Origin: Promethearchaeota archaeon Loki_b32
GTDB lineage: Archaea; Asgardarchaeota; Lokiarchaeia; Sigyniarchaeales; SOKP01
Length of the DNA: 64,000 bases
Direction: 5' to 3'
Assembly (NCBI GenBank): GCA_005223125.1
Contig: NJBH01000012.1
Span: forward strand, 41,074 to 105,073
Each line of letters starts with the position of its first letter. Position 1 is the stretch's first letter. This document shows positions 1 to 9,924 of this stretch, piece by piece. Below the pieces are notes generated by a model. It had not been told where the DNA came from. It worked only from the letters and a program-made list of their open reading frames with translations, and ran no database searches. A program made the position numbers and the translations under genes.

Positions 1-281
1 ATTAGAAGCATAGGTCTTCTGCCAAATTTATCACTTAATCTTCCCCATATAGGGGCAGAAAAAAGTGTAAATACAGCATTTGTAGCAAGAAGCAATCCAA
101 TAACTAAAGGTGTAGTATTGTAAGTTTTTATCAGGGAGGGTAAATAAGGGATGATTATATAAAAACCTAAAATATCAATGAAAAGCCCAAACCATAAAGC
201 GCTTAATTCAGGGTATTTTTTTTTAGCTGATCTACCAGAATTTTCTTTACTCTTTAAAATGTCATTAGCTTTTTGTTTCAT
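1..281 (-). CDS. MFS transporter, TetA/DHA1-like (5' part; runs off the window edge)
   Basis: Manual translation from ATG at 281: MKQKANDILK...LWFGLFIDILGFYIIIPYLP...PIWGRLSDKFGRRPMLL; contains MFS motif A (GRLSDKFGRRP). Not in the ORF track. Confidence 0.85.
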   Translation of the reverse strand, partial: MKQKANDILKSKENSGRSAKKKYPELSALWFGLFIDILGFYIIIPYLPSLIKTYNTTPLVIGLLLATNAVFTLFSAPIWGRLSDKFGRRPMLL

Positions 282-371
282 ATTGATGTTTAAAAAAGAA
301 TCTATATTAACTGTAAATCGGAAAATATCGAATCCTTTTTAAAATTATTATTAATAAAAAAAAATATTGAA

Positions 372-1220
372 CTAGATTTTTCTTCCTTTTAAAAAATCTA
401 TCATCATTTGGTTAATTTCTGGAGCTTTTTCTTGAGGAGAAGCATGCCCTACTCCTTCAAGTACAATAAATTTGCTATTTGAAATACCTTCATGAATTTT
501 CAGATTTACTAATTTTGGCATTTGTCGATCTTTTTCTGCACAGATAATTAGCGTTTCAGAATTTATTAAATGTAGCCTCTCTAAGACATTATGTGTACCG
601 AGTGCATGAGTTTGATTTCTAATATCTTGTGGAGTTGCTGGATTAGTTGTACTTTTTTTAATTAAATCTTCTGCTGAAAATAATCCGTGGAACTTCTTCT
701 TAGGGTCTTCCTTCATTAATTTTAAAAAATTACGTGAAAATCCCATTTTTGCGGCATCAAAGAAAGTTTTAACCGGATCTTTTAATCTTGCTTCATATCT
801 AGCAATTTGTCCATTTTTATAGAGTTCTAATCCAGATTTTTCTTCAGGCCAAGCAGCTGTAGTGTTTATTAAAATTAATTTATTAACCCTTTCAGGATAT
901 TTAATCGCAAAATGTTGAGCAATCATGCCACCCACAGACCATCCTATGATGTGCGCTTTCTCAATTTTTAAAAAGTCCATCAATCCTCTAGTATCATCAG
1001 CAAATAGTTCCATAGTGTATGGTGTATTAGGTCTATCAGATTTTCCTGATCCTCGATTATCGAATCTTACTACTCTGAAATATTGAGATAATGGTTCAAA
1101 TTGACAAATCCATTCCTCTTTAGTAACCCCAAATCCATGGATTAAGGCAACTGGATCGCCCTCTCCTTGAACTTCATAACAAATTTTTATTCCATTAACG
1201 TCGGCAAAGAATTCAGTCAT
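372..1220 (-). CDS. alpha/beta hydrolase
   Basis: HGFG oxyanion motif, DNRGSGKS, nucleophile elbow GWSVGG, C-terminal GH. Confidence 0.9.
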   Translation of the reverse strand: MTEFFADVNGIKICYEVQGEGDPVALIHGFGVTKEEWICQFEPLSQYFRVVRFDNRGSGKSDRPNTPYTMELFADDTRGLMDFLKIEKAHIIGWSVGGMIAQHFAIKYPERVNKLILINTTAAWPEEKSGLELYKNGQIARYEARLKDPVKTFFDAAKMGFSRNFLKLMKEDPKKKFHGLFSAEDLIKKSTTNPATPQDIRNQTHALGTHNVLERLHLINSETLIICAEKDRQMPKLVNLKIHEGISNSKFIVLEGVGHASPQEKAPEINQMMIDFLKGRKI

Positions 1221-1326
1221 AACTATTAAAAATATGGAATGAAAATAAGTATTATCATAAATTAATTTTAAGAATTATAATGTCTTTAATTAAATACTTG
1301 AAATAAATAGAACATAGGGAAAGCTT

Positions 1327-2091
1327 ATGATAGAAAATAAAGTATTAATTCAAAGTACTACCAGAAGTGATCTTCATGGGATTCTATATATGCACAGTAT
1401 AGATGCAAAAAAAACCTCAATTCTAATAATGTGTCATGGTTTTCTGGGGGATAAATATGAATGGGGGCATTTTCCAGAATTAGCTAAAGCTTGTAATAAA
1501 GAGGGAATCGATGGACTTATTTTTGATTTTACGGGTTCTGGAGAAAATGAAAGAGTACCTATAACATTATCCAAACAAATTGAGGATTTAGAATCAGTAT
1601 ATAAATGGGGGCAAAATGAAGGCTATGGCAATATTGCTGTATTGGGATTATCATTGGGAGGTCTTACAGTACTAGGAGCTAATCTACCAGGGATTAAAAC
1701 ATATATTTTTTGGGCACCAGTTTTATTTCTTCATACTACTGATGATCAAGCCGACTGGTTCAAGGATTTAAACAAAGGTCCAGTAGAAATTCCATCAACT
1801 ATAGAGGGAAGACCTGTGATCATCGATATGAGTTATATGACAGATTTTGCAAAATTTCGAGTAAAAAATCATTTAAAGAAGTTGGATTACCCCGTATTAA
1901 TTATACAAGGAACTTCCGATGAAACAGTACCATATGAATTAACAAGAAAAGCTTTTAATTTCATACCAAATAAGGATAAAAACAAGCTTTTAGAAATTGA
2001 AAATGCGACTCACGACATCGAAGGGGAACATCTAAAAGAATTTATAAAGCATACAATCAATTGGTTGAAATTCTATTTAGGCGGAAATTGA
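1327..2091 (+). CDS. alpha/beta hydrolase (esterase/peptidase S9-like)
   Basis: CHGF, FDFTGSGE, GLSLGG, GTSDETVP, ATH triad motifs. Confidence 0.85.
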   Translation: MIENKVLIQSTTRSDLHGILYMHSIDAKKTSILIMCHGFLGDKYEWGHFPELAKACNKEGIDGLIFDFTGSGENERVPITLSKQIEDLESVYKWGQNEGYGNIAVLGLSLGGLTVLGANLPGIKTYIFWAPVLFLHTTDDQADWFKDLNKGPVEIPSTIEGRPVIIDMSYMTDFAKFRVKNHLKKLDYPVLIIQGTSDETVPYELTRKAFNFIPNKDKNKLLEIENATHDIEGEHLKEFIKHTINWLKFYLGGN

Positions 2092-2928
2092 TTTCTCTAA
2101 AAAATCTATAATTGCTTCATTAACATTGGGAGCATTTTCTAAAGGAAACCAGTGGCTTCCACTAAACATCTTCAATTTACTATTCTGTATTATCTCTTTC
2201 ATTTGATTGGCTATCGATTTTGGCGTAAATCTATCTTTTTCCCCACACATTATTAAGGTTTCATTTTTAATTTCCTTTAATCGATCCAAAGTATCATGTT
2301 GTCCCATAGCATTAGCCATATTTATAATATCTGTAGTTTTCATAGGATCAACTTTTCCCCTTTCTATAAGTTCTTCAGTAGATATGATTCCATGAAGTTT
2401 ATTTTTAGGATCTTCTCTCATTGAATTCAAGAATTTACGTGTAAGCCTAAGCTTCATTTTGCTATAGAATGTTTCTATAGGATTTTTTAACATTGCTTCA
2501 TATAATTCAATCTGATTCTTTTTCCAAAGCTCTAATCCACTGAGATCTCTAGACCAACTTGGTAAAGTTGCCATTAGAATTAATTTATCTACATAATCGG
2601 GGTATTTTAAACAGAAATTCATTGAAATCATTCCACCAAAAGAATGACCTACTAAATATGCTTTTTTAATATTTAAAACATCCATTAATCCTCTGAGGTC
2701 TTCTACATACATTTCCATAGTATAGAGGTGATTAGGGCGATCGGATTTTCCAACCCCTCTTAGGTCGAAATAGATAATTTGATATCTCTTTGCTAATTCT
2801 TGAATTTGACCAATCCAAAATTCTTTACTAGTGCCAAATCCATGAACTAAAAATACTGGTTTTCCTTTCCCATGCAATTTATAGCAGATTTTTAATCCAT
2901 TAACATTTGTAAATAAATTTTCACTCAT
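2077..2928 (-). CDS. alpha/beta hydrolase, paralog of 372..1220
   Basis: HGFG, DLRGVGKSDRP, GHSFGG; colinear with 372..1220. Confidence 0.9.
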   Translation of the reverse strand: MSENLFTNVNGLKICYKLHGKGKPVFLVHGFGTSKEFWIGQIQELAKRYQIIYFDLRGVGKSDRPNHLYTMEMYVEDLRGLMDVLNIKKAYLVGHSFGGMISMNFCLKYPDYVDKLILMATLPSWSRDLSGLELWKKNQIELYEAMLKNPIETFYSKMKLRLTRKFLNSMREDPKNKLHGIISTEELIERGKVDPMKTTDIINMANAMGQHDTLDRLKEIKNETLIMCGEKDRFTPKSIANQMKEIIQNSKLKMFSGSHWFPLENAPNVNEAIIDFLEKSISA

Positions 2929-3003
2929 ATTAGTAATTCAATACTTGAAGAATTTTAAAACTACATCTTAATTGAATTTGTGAAAAAAATTCATGAAAAA
3001 AAA

Positions 3004-4047
3004 TTAAATGATACAAATTGGAAATCCACAAAACTTACAATTTCCGTCAGAATCTAAATAAGACTCTTTAATACCTAAAATTTTTCTTTTTATGACTAAT
3101 TTAGAGCATTTGGGGCAATAGGTATTATCATAATCTGTAGTAGGTAAATTCCCAAGATATACATATTTCAATCCAACGTCCTTTGCGATATCATAAGCAT
3201 TATATAGAAGTTCTAAGGGTGTTGGGTCAGAAAGTCCGTAATTTTGTGATTTATAATGAGGAAAGAATCGACTTATATGATATGGTGTAAATTCACCTAA
3301 TTCATTAAAAATCCGTTTAGAGCGTTTCCTAATGATTTCATCCTCAGAATTAAATCCTTGGATTAATAATGTTGTAATCTCTACATGAACACCTAATATT
3401 TTTGCTAACTTCGCATTTCTCCATACTTTTTCTACATCAATGCCACAATATTTCTCAACCATATCAGAATCTCCTTTTATATCTATATTCATTGCATCGA
3501 GACCAGCATCTACTAAGTCTTTTAAAACTTCTTCTGTCATATAGCCATTTGTAACATATGTATTGTATAAGCCATTCTCTTTTGCTAGTTTAAAAACTTC
3601 TAATGAATATTCAAACAATAATGTAGGTTCATTAAAAGAAATTGAGGTTCCATCACACTTTCTGTTTAGAGCAATCTCAATAAGTTTCTTAGGAGAAAGA
3701 AATTCGTCAGAGGTCGCAAACTGGCTAGCTCTAAAAGCATTTGTTTTTGAAAGATGGTGATTTTGACACCAAAAACATGCAAAATTACAGCCATAAGTCC
3801 CTGCTGTTATTGCAGTACTTCCAGGATGAAAATGATATAGTGGTTTCTTCTCTATAGGGTTAAATGATAAAGCAGGTATCAATCCATAAACAACAGAATA
3901 TATTTCTCCCTCTTTATTAGTTCGTGATTGGCAAAATCCAGACTTTCTATTTGAAATTTTGCATTTCCTCTCACAAATGAGACATTGTGAGAAATTCTCA
4001 TCAATTTTTCGCTGATGTTTAGCTCTTATTGTGAAGTCTGAATTCAT
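3004..4047 (-). CDS. amrS: AmmeMemoRadiSam-type radical SAM enzyme (PflA-like)
   Basis: N-terminal CxxC..C..C, PIEKKPLYHFHPG, CNFACFWC radical SAM motif, C-terminal CPKC/CKFC. Confidence 0.85.
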   Translation of the reverse strand: MNSDFTIRAKHQRKIDENFSQCLICERKCKISNRKSGFCQSRTNKEGEIYSVVYGLIPALSFNPIEKKPLYHFHPGSTAITAGTYGCNFACFWCQNHHLSKTNAFRASQFATSDEFLSPKKLIEIALNRKCDGTSISFNEPTLLFEYSLEVFKLAKENGLYNTYVTNGYMTEEVLKDLVDAGLDAMNIDIKGDSDMVEKYCGIDVEKVWRNAKLAKILGVHVEITTLLIQGFNSEDEIIRKRSKRIFNELGEFTPYHISRFFPHYKSQNYGLSDPTPLELLYNAYDIAKDVGLKYVYLGNLPTTDYDNTYCPKCSKLVIKRKILGIKESYLDSDGNCKFCGFPICII

Positions 4048-4113
4048 ATGGACTCATTATTAATTTTGGCAATATCTTTTATGATTTTATTATTTTGAAT
4101 TATCTACTCTTTA

Positions 4114-5475
4114 TTAACGTGTTTTCATAAGAGGTATAATTAATCGAAAAAACCAAGAGTAAAACTTTCTAATAAATGAAATATTAAATAAAATCCTCAT
4201 AAATTTTAAGAGAATTTGTCTTTTAGGTTTGAAAGTACTGAAATTCTTATCATATTTTAGATCTTTAATAAAGAAATTTTTCTTAAAAATAGAAAGCAAT
4301 AGAGAATAAGATATGATTGCTATAATATCCCAAGCACGTTTTATGTGATCTTTTGGGTAATTAAGTTTTTCTCCCATTGATAGTCTTACAACTTCAATAA
4401 TATGGAAGATATCAATTTTACTTCCTAAAAGTTCCCGAGTAGCCCATAAAAAATAAATACATCCACTACAATACGAAATTAATGCTTGAGCACCGGTTTC
4501 TTCAGCTTCTCTAAACTTTTTCACTCCTTCTGAGATAATATCAAAAGGTAAAGCTATATTTTTAACCCAAGACGCTCCAGCGCCAAATCCACAGCATAAG
4601 GCGTCTTTTTTAATATGCCGCATTTCAATAATATTGCATCCACATTTGTTTAATATCTTTCTTGGTTTGTCCCAATATTTTCCGCCTAAAACTTTAGAAA
4701 AACAATTATCATGTATAGTTACATTCATATTAAGCTGATTAGGTAGATTTATTTCACCTGAATCGATATTTTCAATTAGCCAATCATGGAAATTTATAAG
4801 ATCGCGGTTATGTTCGACTCCCATTTCTTTGGGATGAACATTGTTGAACATATATTCAACAGTATCTAATAAAGCAACAATCCTTTTTACATTCCAACCA
4901 TCAAAATCTTTTTTTGTTTGATTAGCAATTTCTTTTACAACGTCTAAATAGCCTCCTTGATATAAATAAGCTCCTCCTTCCCAGTGATCAATCAAATCTA
5001 TGGGCTTAAAATATTCCAATAATTTACTTCCTCCTATAATAAATGGAAATAAATGAGTATAACTCCCAATCAACAAAACTGTATCTTCCTGTTTAGGGAC
5101 ATTATACATCCATTTATGGATCCATTTTTTTTCTGTATTGGAAAGAAATAAATTGAGGAGTTGCCAGAGATTTGGTTCTTCAGTAGGGCACACAAACCTA
5201 TAAAGAGGTGGTGCTCCTCTTTTTTTATATATTTTATTCCATCTTTCAAGAATTAATTGGTAGGGATTAGCTTGATTTGGACAATATAAATTACATGAAA
5301 AACATGTATTACATTTATTTAGCACGTACTTACTTTCTTTCCCTTTAATTAAATTTATGATTTCCTGTTTTGCTTTTTCTAAAGGTAAATGTAGAACAGG
5401 GCATAAATGAAAACATAATCCACATGAATCGCATAAATCTTCTTTAAAAAAACGATATTTAGTATTTTGAAACAA
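4114..5475 (-). CDS. Fe-S oxidoreductase, HdrD/GlpC-like (CCG domain)
   Basis: Two CxxCxxCxxxCP motifs; HDNC...CCGFGAG...YCSGC; hydrophobic/basic C-terminal tail. Confidence 0.8.
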   Translation of the reverse strand: MFQNTKYRFFKEDLCDSCGLCFHLCPVLHLPLEKAKQEIINLIKGKESKYVLNKCNTCFSCNLYCPNQANPYQLILERWNKIYKKRGAPPLYRFVCPTEEPNLWQLLNLFLSNTEKKWIHKWMYNVPKQEDTVLLIGSYTHLFPFIIGGSKLLEYFKPIDLIDHWEGGAYLYQGGYLDVVKEIANQTKKDFDGWNVKRIVALLDTVEYMFNNVHPKEMGVEHNRDLINFHDWLIENIDSGEINLPNQLNMNVTIHDNCFSKVLGGKYWDKPRKILNKCGCNIIEMRHIKKDALCCGFGAGASWVKNIALPFDIISEGVKKFREAEETGAQALISYCSGCIYFLWATRELLGSKIDIFHIIEVVRLSMGEKLNYPKDHIKRAWDIIAIISYSLLLSIFKKNFFIKDLKYDKNFSTFKPKRQILLKFMRILFNISFIRKFYSWFFRLIIPLMKTR

Positions 5476-5666
5476 AATTGTTTACCCTAGAGTTTAGTCA
5501 ATCTTTATTCAGTTTTTAGTTTAATTTGTAAATTATACTACTATTTTGCTTTTTATATTCTTAAATATTATTATATTTTGAAAATTGATTGGTGATTAAA
5601 TTTAAATAATTTTATCACCTTCTTTTTAACAGTTTAAAATAATAACTTAAAAATTTGCGAAATTAA

Positions 5667-5993
5667 ATGCAAGACACAGTTGGAATAATAAAAATACTAA
5701 AAGAATTTAAAGTTAGACTTCAAAATTTATATGGAGATAAATTTTCGAGCCTAATATTATATGGTTCTTATGCAAGAGGAGAATTTATTGAAGATTCAGA
5801 TATAGATTTGGCAATAATTCTAAAAGGAGAGATATCTCCCTTCAAAGAAATCGATAGAATGAGTGAAATCACGTATGATCTCGTTTTAAAATATGATATT
5901 TTAATATCAATTCACCCCGTATCAGAGGAACGCTATTTATTGATGAAAACTCCATTTTTAATGAATATAAGAGAAGAAGGTATTCAAATATGA
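5667..5993 (+). CDS. MNT minimal nucleotidyltransferase (antitoxin-type)
   Basis: GS-x10-DID motif (GSYARGEFIEDSDID); overlaps the next gene by 4 nt (ATGA). Confidence 0.9.
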   Translation: MQDTVGIIKILKEFKVRLQNLYGDKFSSLILYGSYARGEFIEDSDIDLAIILKGEISPFKEIDRMSEITYDLVLKYDILISIHPVSEERYLLMKTPFLMNIREEGIQI

Positions 5994-6382
5994 GTGAAAT
6001 TAATATTAAACCATTAATTGAAAAAGCAAAGAAATTTATGAAAAGTGCTAAACTATTGCTCGATGTTGATGATTTTGATAGTTCGGCTTCAAGGATTTAT
6101 TATGCAATGCATTACATGGTTGAAGCATTGTTATTAACTAAAAATCTGAGAATAAAAAGCCACAGAGGATTGATTTCTATCTTCGGAAGGGAGTTTATTA
6201 AAACCAAAATTTTGCCTAAAGAAGTAGGTAGACAACTTAAAGATGCATTTGATAAAAGGCAAATTGGCGATTATGAAATATCTGTGAAGATTAATAAAAA
6301 AGATATTGAAGAACTACTAAAAATTGGACAAAGATTCATTGAAAAACTAATGGATTATTTAGTAGAAAATAATTTCCTTTAA
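5990..6382 (+). CDS. HEPN domain protein (UPF0332-like)
   Basis: SRIYYAM, KSHRG, RQIGDY motifs; translationally coupled to MNT. Confidence 0.85.
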   Translation: MSEINIKPLIEKAKKFMKSAKLLLDVDDFDSSASRIYYAMHYMVEALLLTKNLRIKSHRGLISIFGREFIKTKILPKEVGRQLKDAFDKRQIGDYEISVKINKKDIEELLKIGQRFIEKLMDYLVENNFL

Positions 6383-6478
6383 ACATCATATCACCGCATT
6401 TTATTATTTCAGTATCTATAATCTAATTCTTTTAAGAGTGAAAAATATTGGGAATTTTCCTTTTAGTTATCTGGAAAA

Positions 6479-7294
6479 TTAAGGGGCAATAATTAGAATT
6501 ATAATATAAACAAGCATTAAATTACCCAAGATAATTCCAATGTCTTTTAAAGATGTCTTTCCATATAAATTAGTCCTAGGTTTTCTGTAGATATACATAA
6601 TTCCCAATGGAAAAAAAACTATCGGTATAAATATCCAATACGGCGTAATAATAAAGGAAAGTATTGCTATAAGTAATGAAACTATACACGCAATCCAAAT
6701 TACTAATTGAGATGTTTTAGGTTTTAATTTTGCTAGAGAATCTCCATCAATCATTTCATGAACCATTTGCCCTGTAAATGCTACTGCTATTATAGTTGCT
6801 AATATTAATGACTCATACAACTCCATATAGGGAAAGATATTCATGAAATTATCCCTCGCTTTTATTTTAACCATAAAATATGGTAGAATTATATGAGAGA
6901 CTCCTAAAATAATATGATTAATAATGACAAGCTTTTTGAACATACAATAGAAAACAACCATAAATACAATTATTGCTAGGTAGAATCCTAGAATCGGATT
7001 CACTAATATATCATTCATGAAACACATAGTTCCTAGCATAAAACTTGCGATGGCAAGAACGGCAATTTCCTTTCTGCCATATCCTTTCACTCTTTCCAGA
7101 GTTTCTTTTTCATTCGGATCTTTCATGTCAATGACATCATTGAGAGTGTTTCCCGTTATTGCATAAAAAGCAAAACCCGCTAATATCCAAATGTGAGATA
7201 CTATATCATATCCGTTCAAATATATACATAATAAGCAAGGGATTATTACAGAAAAAATATATTCAACCCGAAGAAGTTTAAATCCCTTACTCAT
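6479..7294 (-). CDS. UbiA-family prenyltransferase-like membrane protein
   Basis: About 8 hydrophobic helices; NDVID Asp-rich motif; second acidic motif HEMIDGD. Confidence 0.7.
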   Translation of the reverse strand: MSKGFKLLRVEYIFSVIIPCLLCIYLNGYDIVSHIWILAGFAFYAITGNTLNDVIDMKDPNEKETLERVKGYGRKEIAVLAIASFMLGTMCFMNDILVNPILGFYLAIIVFMVVFYCMFKKLVIINHIILGVSHIILPYFMVKIKARDNFMNIFPYMELYESLILATIIAVAFTGQMVHEMIDGDSLAKLKPKTSQLVIWIACIVSLLIAILSFIITPYWIFIPIVFFPLGIMYIYRKPRTNLYGKTSLKDIGIILGNLMLVYIIILIIAP

Positions 7295-7454
7295 GAAAAT
7301 ATTACCTTAAAATATTGTATTCAAAGATATTTTTAATTATCCTTAAAATGATTTAAAATTTTAGAGAGAAAACCATAATATTATTTTGATTTATTGAATC
7401 ATAAAGTAATGAAAGTTTATGGTTATTTTTTAAAGTTTAAATTCATATAATATC

Positions 7455-7862
7455 ATGCGAAAAATTATGTTTGATTATGACGAATACAATAGATGGATGA
7501 ATGAAGCAGAAAATACATTCAAGTCTGCAATTGTGGATAAGGAAAATGGATTTTATAATTGGTGTTGTTTTAAGTGCCATCAAGCTTCTGAATTCGCATT
7601 AAAAGGATTACTATATGGTTTAGGATTAACTCCTTTTGGCCATTCATTGACTAAAATGACCAATGATTTAAAAGACCAAAAAATAGATATTGCATTAATA
7701 TTAACTTCTTGTAAAAAACTTGATTTACATTACATTCCTTCACGATATCCCAATGCACATCCTACAGGGTCTCCATTTGAATATCATGATAAAAATATTG
7801 CTGAAGAAGCCATAACAAATGCTAAAAAAATAATGGATCTCGTTAAAGGTATTAAAAAATGA
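7455..7862 (+). CDS. HEPN domain protein
   Basis: HQASEFALKG, GHSL, YIPSRYPNAH (R-x4-H). Confidence 0.9.
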   Translation: MRKIMFDYDEYNRWMNEAENTFKSAIVDKENGFYNWCCFKCHQASEFALKGLLYGLGLTPFGHSLTKMTNDLKDQKIDIALILTSCKKLDLHYIPSRYPNAHPTGSPFEYHDKNIAEEAITNAKKIMDLVKGIKK

Positions 7863-8284
7863 AGAAAAACTTAAAATCCATTAATAAGGGTATTAAAAAA
7901 TTTTGTCAGAATATTATTAAAGTAATGCAACCGAACTGTATAATACTCTATGGATCCTTAGCTAGGGGGGATTTTAACGAGCGAAGTGATGTTGATGTAA
8001 TAGTAATATCATCAAAACTTCCTAAAAATTATTATAAAAGAGCAGAATTGCTTTTTAATATGGTTGAGACATTAGATCCTATCGAACCTCTTGGTTTTAC
8101 TCCTGATGAATTTATTAACATGATAAAAAATAGACATTGTACAAGTTTATTTGCGATGAAAGAAGGTAAAGCTTTGTATGGTAAGAAATATTTCTTATTT
8201 TTAAAGGGAATTCATGAAAAAATTATAAATCAATATAAAATAATCAAGGGACATTCATCTTGGATTCCTGAATCAATAAAATAA
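7859..8284 (+). CDS. MNT minimal nucleotidyltransferase
   Basis: GS-x10-DVD (GSLARGDFNERSDVD); 4-nt overlap with HEPN. Confidence 0.9.
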   Translation: MKKNLKSINKGIKKFCQNIIKVMQPNCIILYGSLARGDFNERSDVDVIVISSKLPKNYYKRAELLFNMVETLDPIEPLGFTPDEFINMIKNRHCTSLFAMKEGKALYGKKYFLFLKGIHEKIINQYKIIKGHSSWIPESIK

Positions 8285-8416
8285 TAAATATTTGGTTTCC
8301 TGCAATACTGAATATAGAGACATTATCTTGTACTTTGGATAAATTGCACTTCTTTCTTTTTTTTTTCTCAACAATAAGATGTAAAATAACTACATTATGG
8401 TTTCTTTAGCAATTTT

Positions 8417-9523
8417 TCACTTTCTAATTACCCAAATACTATTACCACCCTCTTTTATAAATTCTGCTCTCGTAAAGGGTGTTGAGTCAATGAATTCTTT
8501 AAAACTTTTTTCATTATAAAAATTTGCAAAACGCGCTTCAAGAAATTTGTGTAATACATCGAAAAGCAATAATTTTTGTCTTGGTGCAAAAGTGTCTGGA
8601 ATCATACTCTCTCCAACGAGCAAAATTCCATCGTCTTTTAATAAAGAATATAGGCTATTAAAGATGCTTGATCGGTAATTTACATCATGATCCATCTCAT
8701 GAAGGACTTGATTTAGTGTTATCAAATCAAATTTTTTTATGCTAATTTTTGCATATTCATTAATCGGGATTTCATGAATTTCAATCCTATCATCCCAGTT
8801 ATTTTCCTTTACCATTTTTTTCGCAAAATCTATAGCAATAGGATCGATATCAATCCCAACAAATTGTACTTTTTCATATTTCTTTGCCCATACTTGAAGG
8901 TTGTATCCATATCCACAGCCTGCCTCTAGTACTGTACCTCCATTTTGTAGTTTTTCACAAAATTCTTTATAATTTGTTGAGAATAATCTCTCTATTAATG
9001 TACCAAATCTTGCACTCATCCGATTTATATCATGAATCACCTCATCAGTAAATTCAAAATTGGGTACAACTCCATCTTGTTTAAAAGCATCAAGAATTAA
9101 TTCTTGGTATGGTGCGAGATAATAAAAAGCCCCTAACGGATCCCCAATATAAGCCGGTTGATTACGATTGATTAATAACTCATATACATATGGTGCAGTT
9201 CTTAAACATCTTTCACAAGAATCATCGATTTCCAATAAACCACACTCAAGAGCAGTGTGTGCCCACGCATCTACATAATTTCGTTCTAGGTTTAATTTTT
9301 CAGAAACTTCATTAATTGTAAAAGTAACTGAAGATATCTTTTCAGTATTAGACTTACTTTTAGCTTTTTCTTGAAGATAATCTAAAATTCCTACTCTTCT
9401 TCCTAAACCAAATATAAGAACAGTTAGAAAGCCATAAAGGCTTTTTATCAGAAATTTTTTCATCTGATCTTTCATTGTAATTTCATCATTATTATTTTTT
9501 TTTTCTGAAATTGCTTTCACCAA
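8417..9523 (-). CDS. Class I SAM-dependent methyltransferase with N-terminal wHTH-like domain
   Basis: VLEAGCGYG motif I, GIDID, FDLITLNQVLHE, LKDDG. Confidence 0.85.
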   Translation of the reverse strand: MVKAISEKKNNNDEITMKDQMKKFLIKSLYGFLTVLIFGLGRRVGILDYLQEKAKSKSNTEKISSVTFTINEVSEKLNLERNYVDAWAHTALECGLLEIDDSCERCLRTAPYVYELLINRNQPAYIGDPLGAFYYLAPYQELILDAFKQDGVVPNFEFTDEVIHDINRMSARFGTLIERLFSTNYKEFCEKLQNGGTVLEAGCGYGYNLQVWAKKYEKVQFVGIDIDPIAIDFAKKMVKENNWDDRIEIHEIPINEYAKISIKKFDLITLNQVLHEMDHDVNYRSSIFNSLYSLLKDDGILLVGESMIPDTFAPRQKLLLFDVLHKFLEARFANFYNEKSFKEFIDSTPFTRAEFIKEGGNSIWVIRK

Positions 9524-9587
9524 TATATTCTCTTTTTGGATAAAATAACAGATATGAATAATAAGAGATTTGAAAAAGTTATGGTAT

Positions 9588-9818
9588 TTAACTTTCTCTA
9601 AGAGTTATAACCTCATCCGGTAAAAATGAATTCAAGATATCACTTATTATCCTATTATCTTCTATTGGAATGCCTCTAATCACAAATTCAGATTTCTTAA
9701 GAGGATCCACTTTCCAATCGAATTCAGTTAGAAGATAACGTTTGATATCGATAAATTTATCTTCTGGTTCTATCATAAAATCATCCATTAGTTTCTCGAG
9801 GTCTTTGACTTTTACCAT
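9588..9818 (-). CDS. Ubiquitin-like (beta-grasp) protein without C-terminal GG
   Basis: 76 aa; manual alignment to ubiquitin: VKDL/VKTL, IEPEDKFIDIK/VEPSDTIENVK, FVIRGIPIEDNRIISD/LIFAGKQLEDGRTLSD. Confidence 0.6.
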   Translation of the reverse strand: MVKVKDLEKLMDDFMIEPEDKFIDIKRYLLTEFDWKVDPLKKSEFVIRGIPIEDNRIISDILNSFLPDEVITLRES

Positions 9819-9924
9819 TTTCTTTCTCCAAATTTATTTTTTAATTTGAATGAGATAAGAATTTTTAATGTGTATTCAATAAAAATTTAAGTTTCAAAAT
9901 TTATAAAGTTTTAAAAATCATTAC

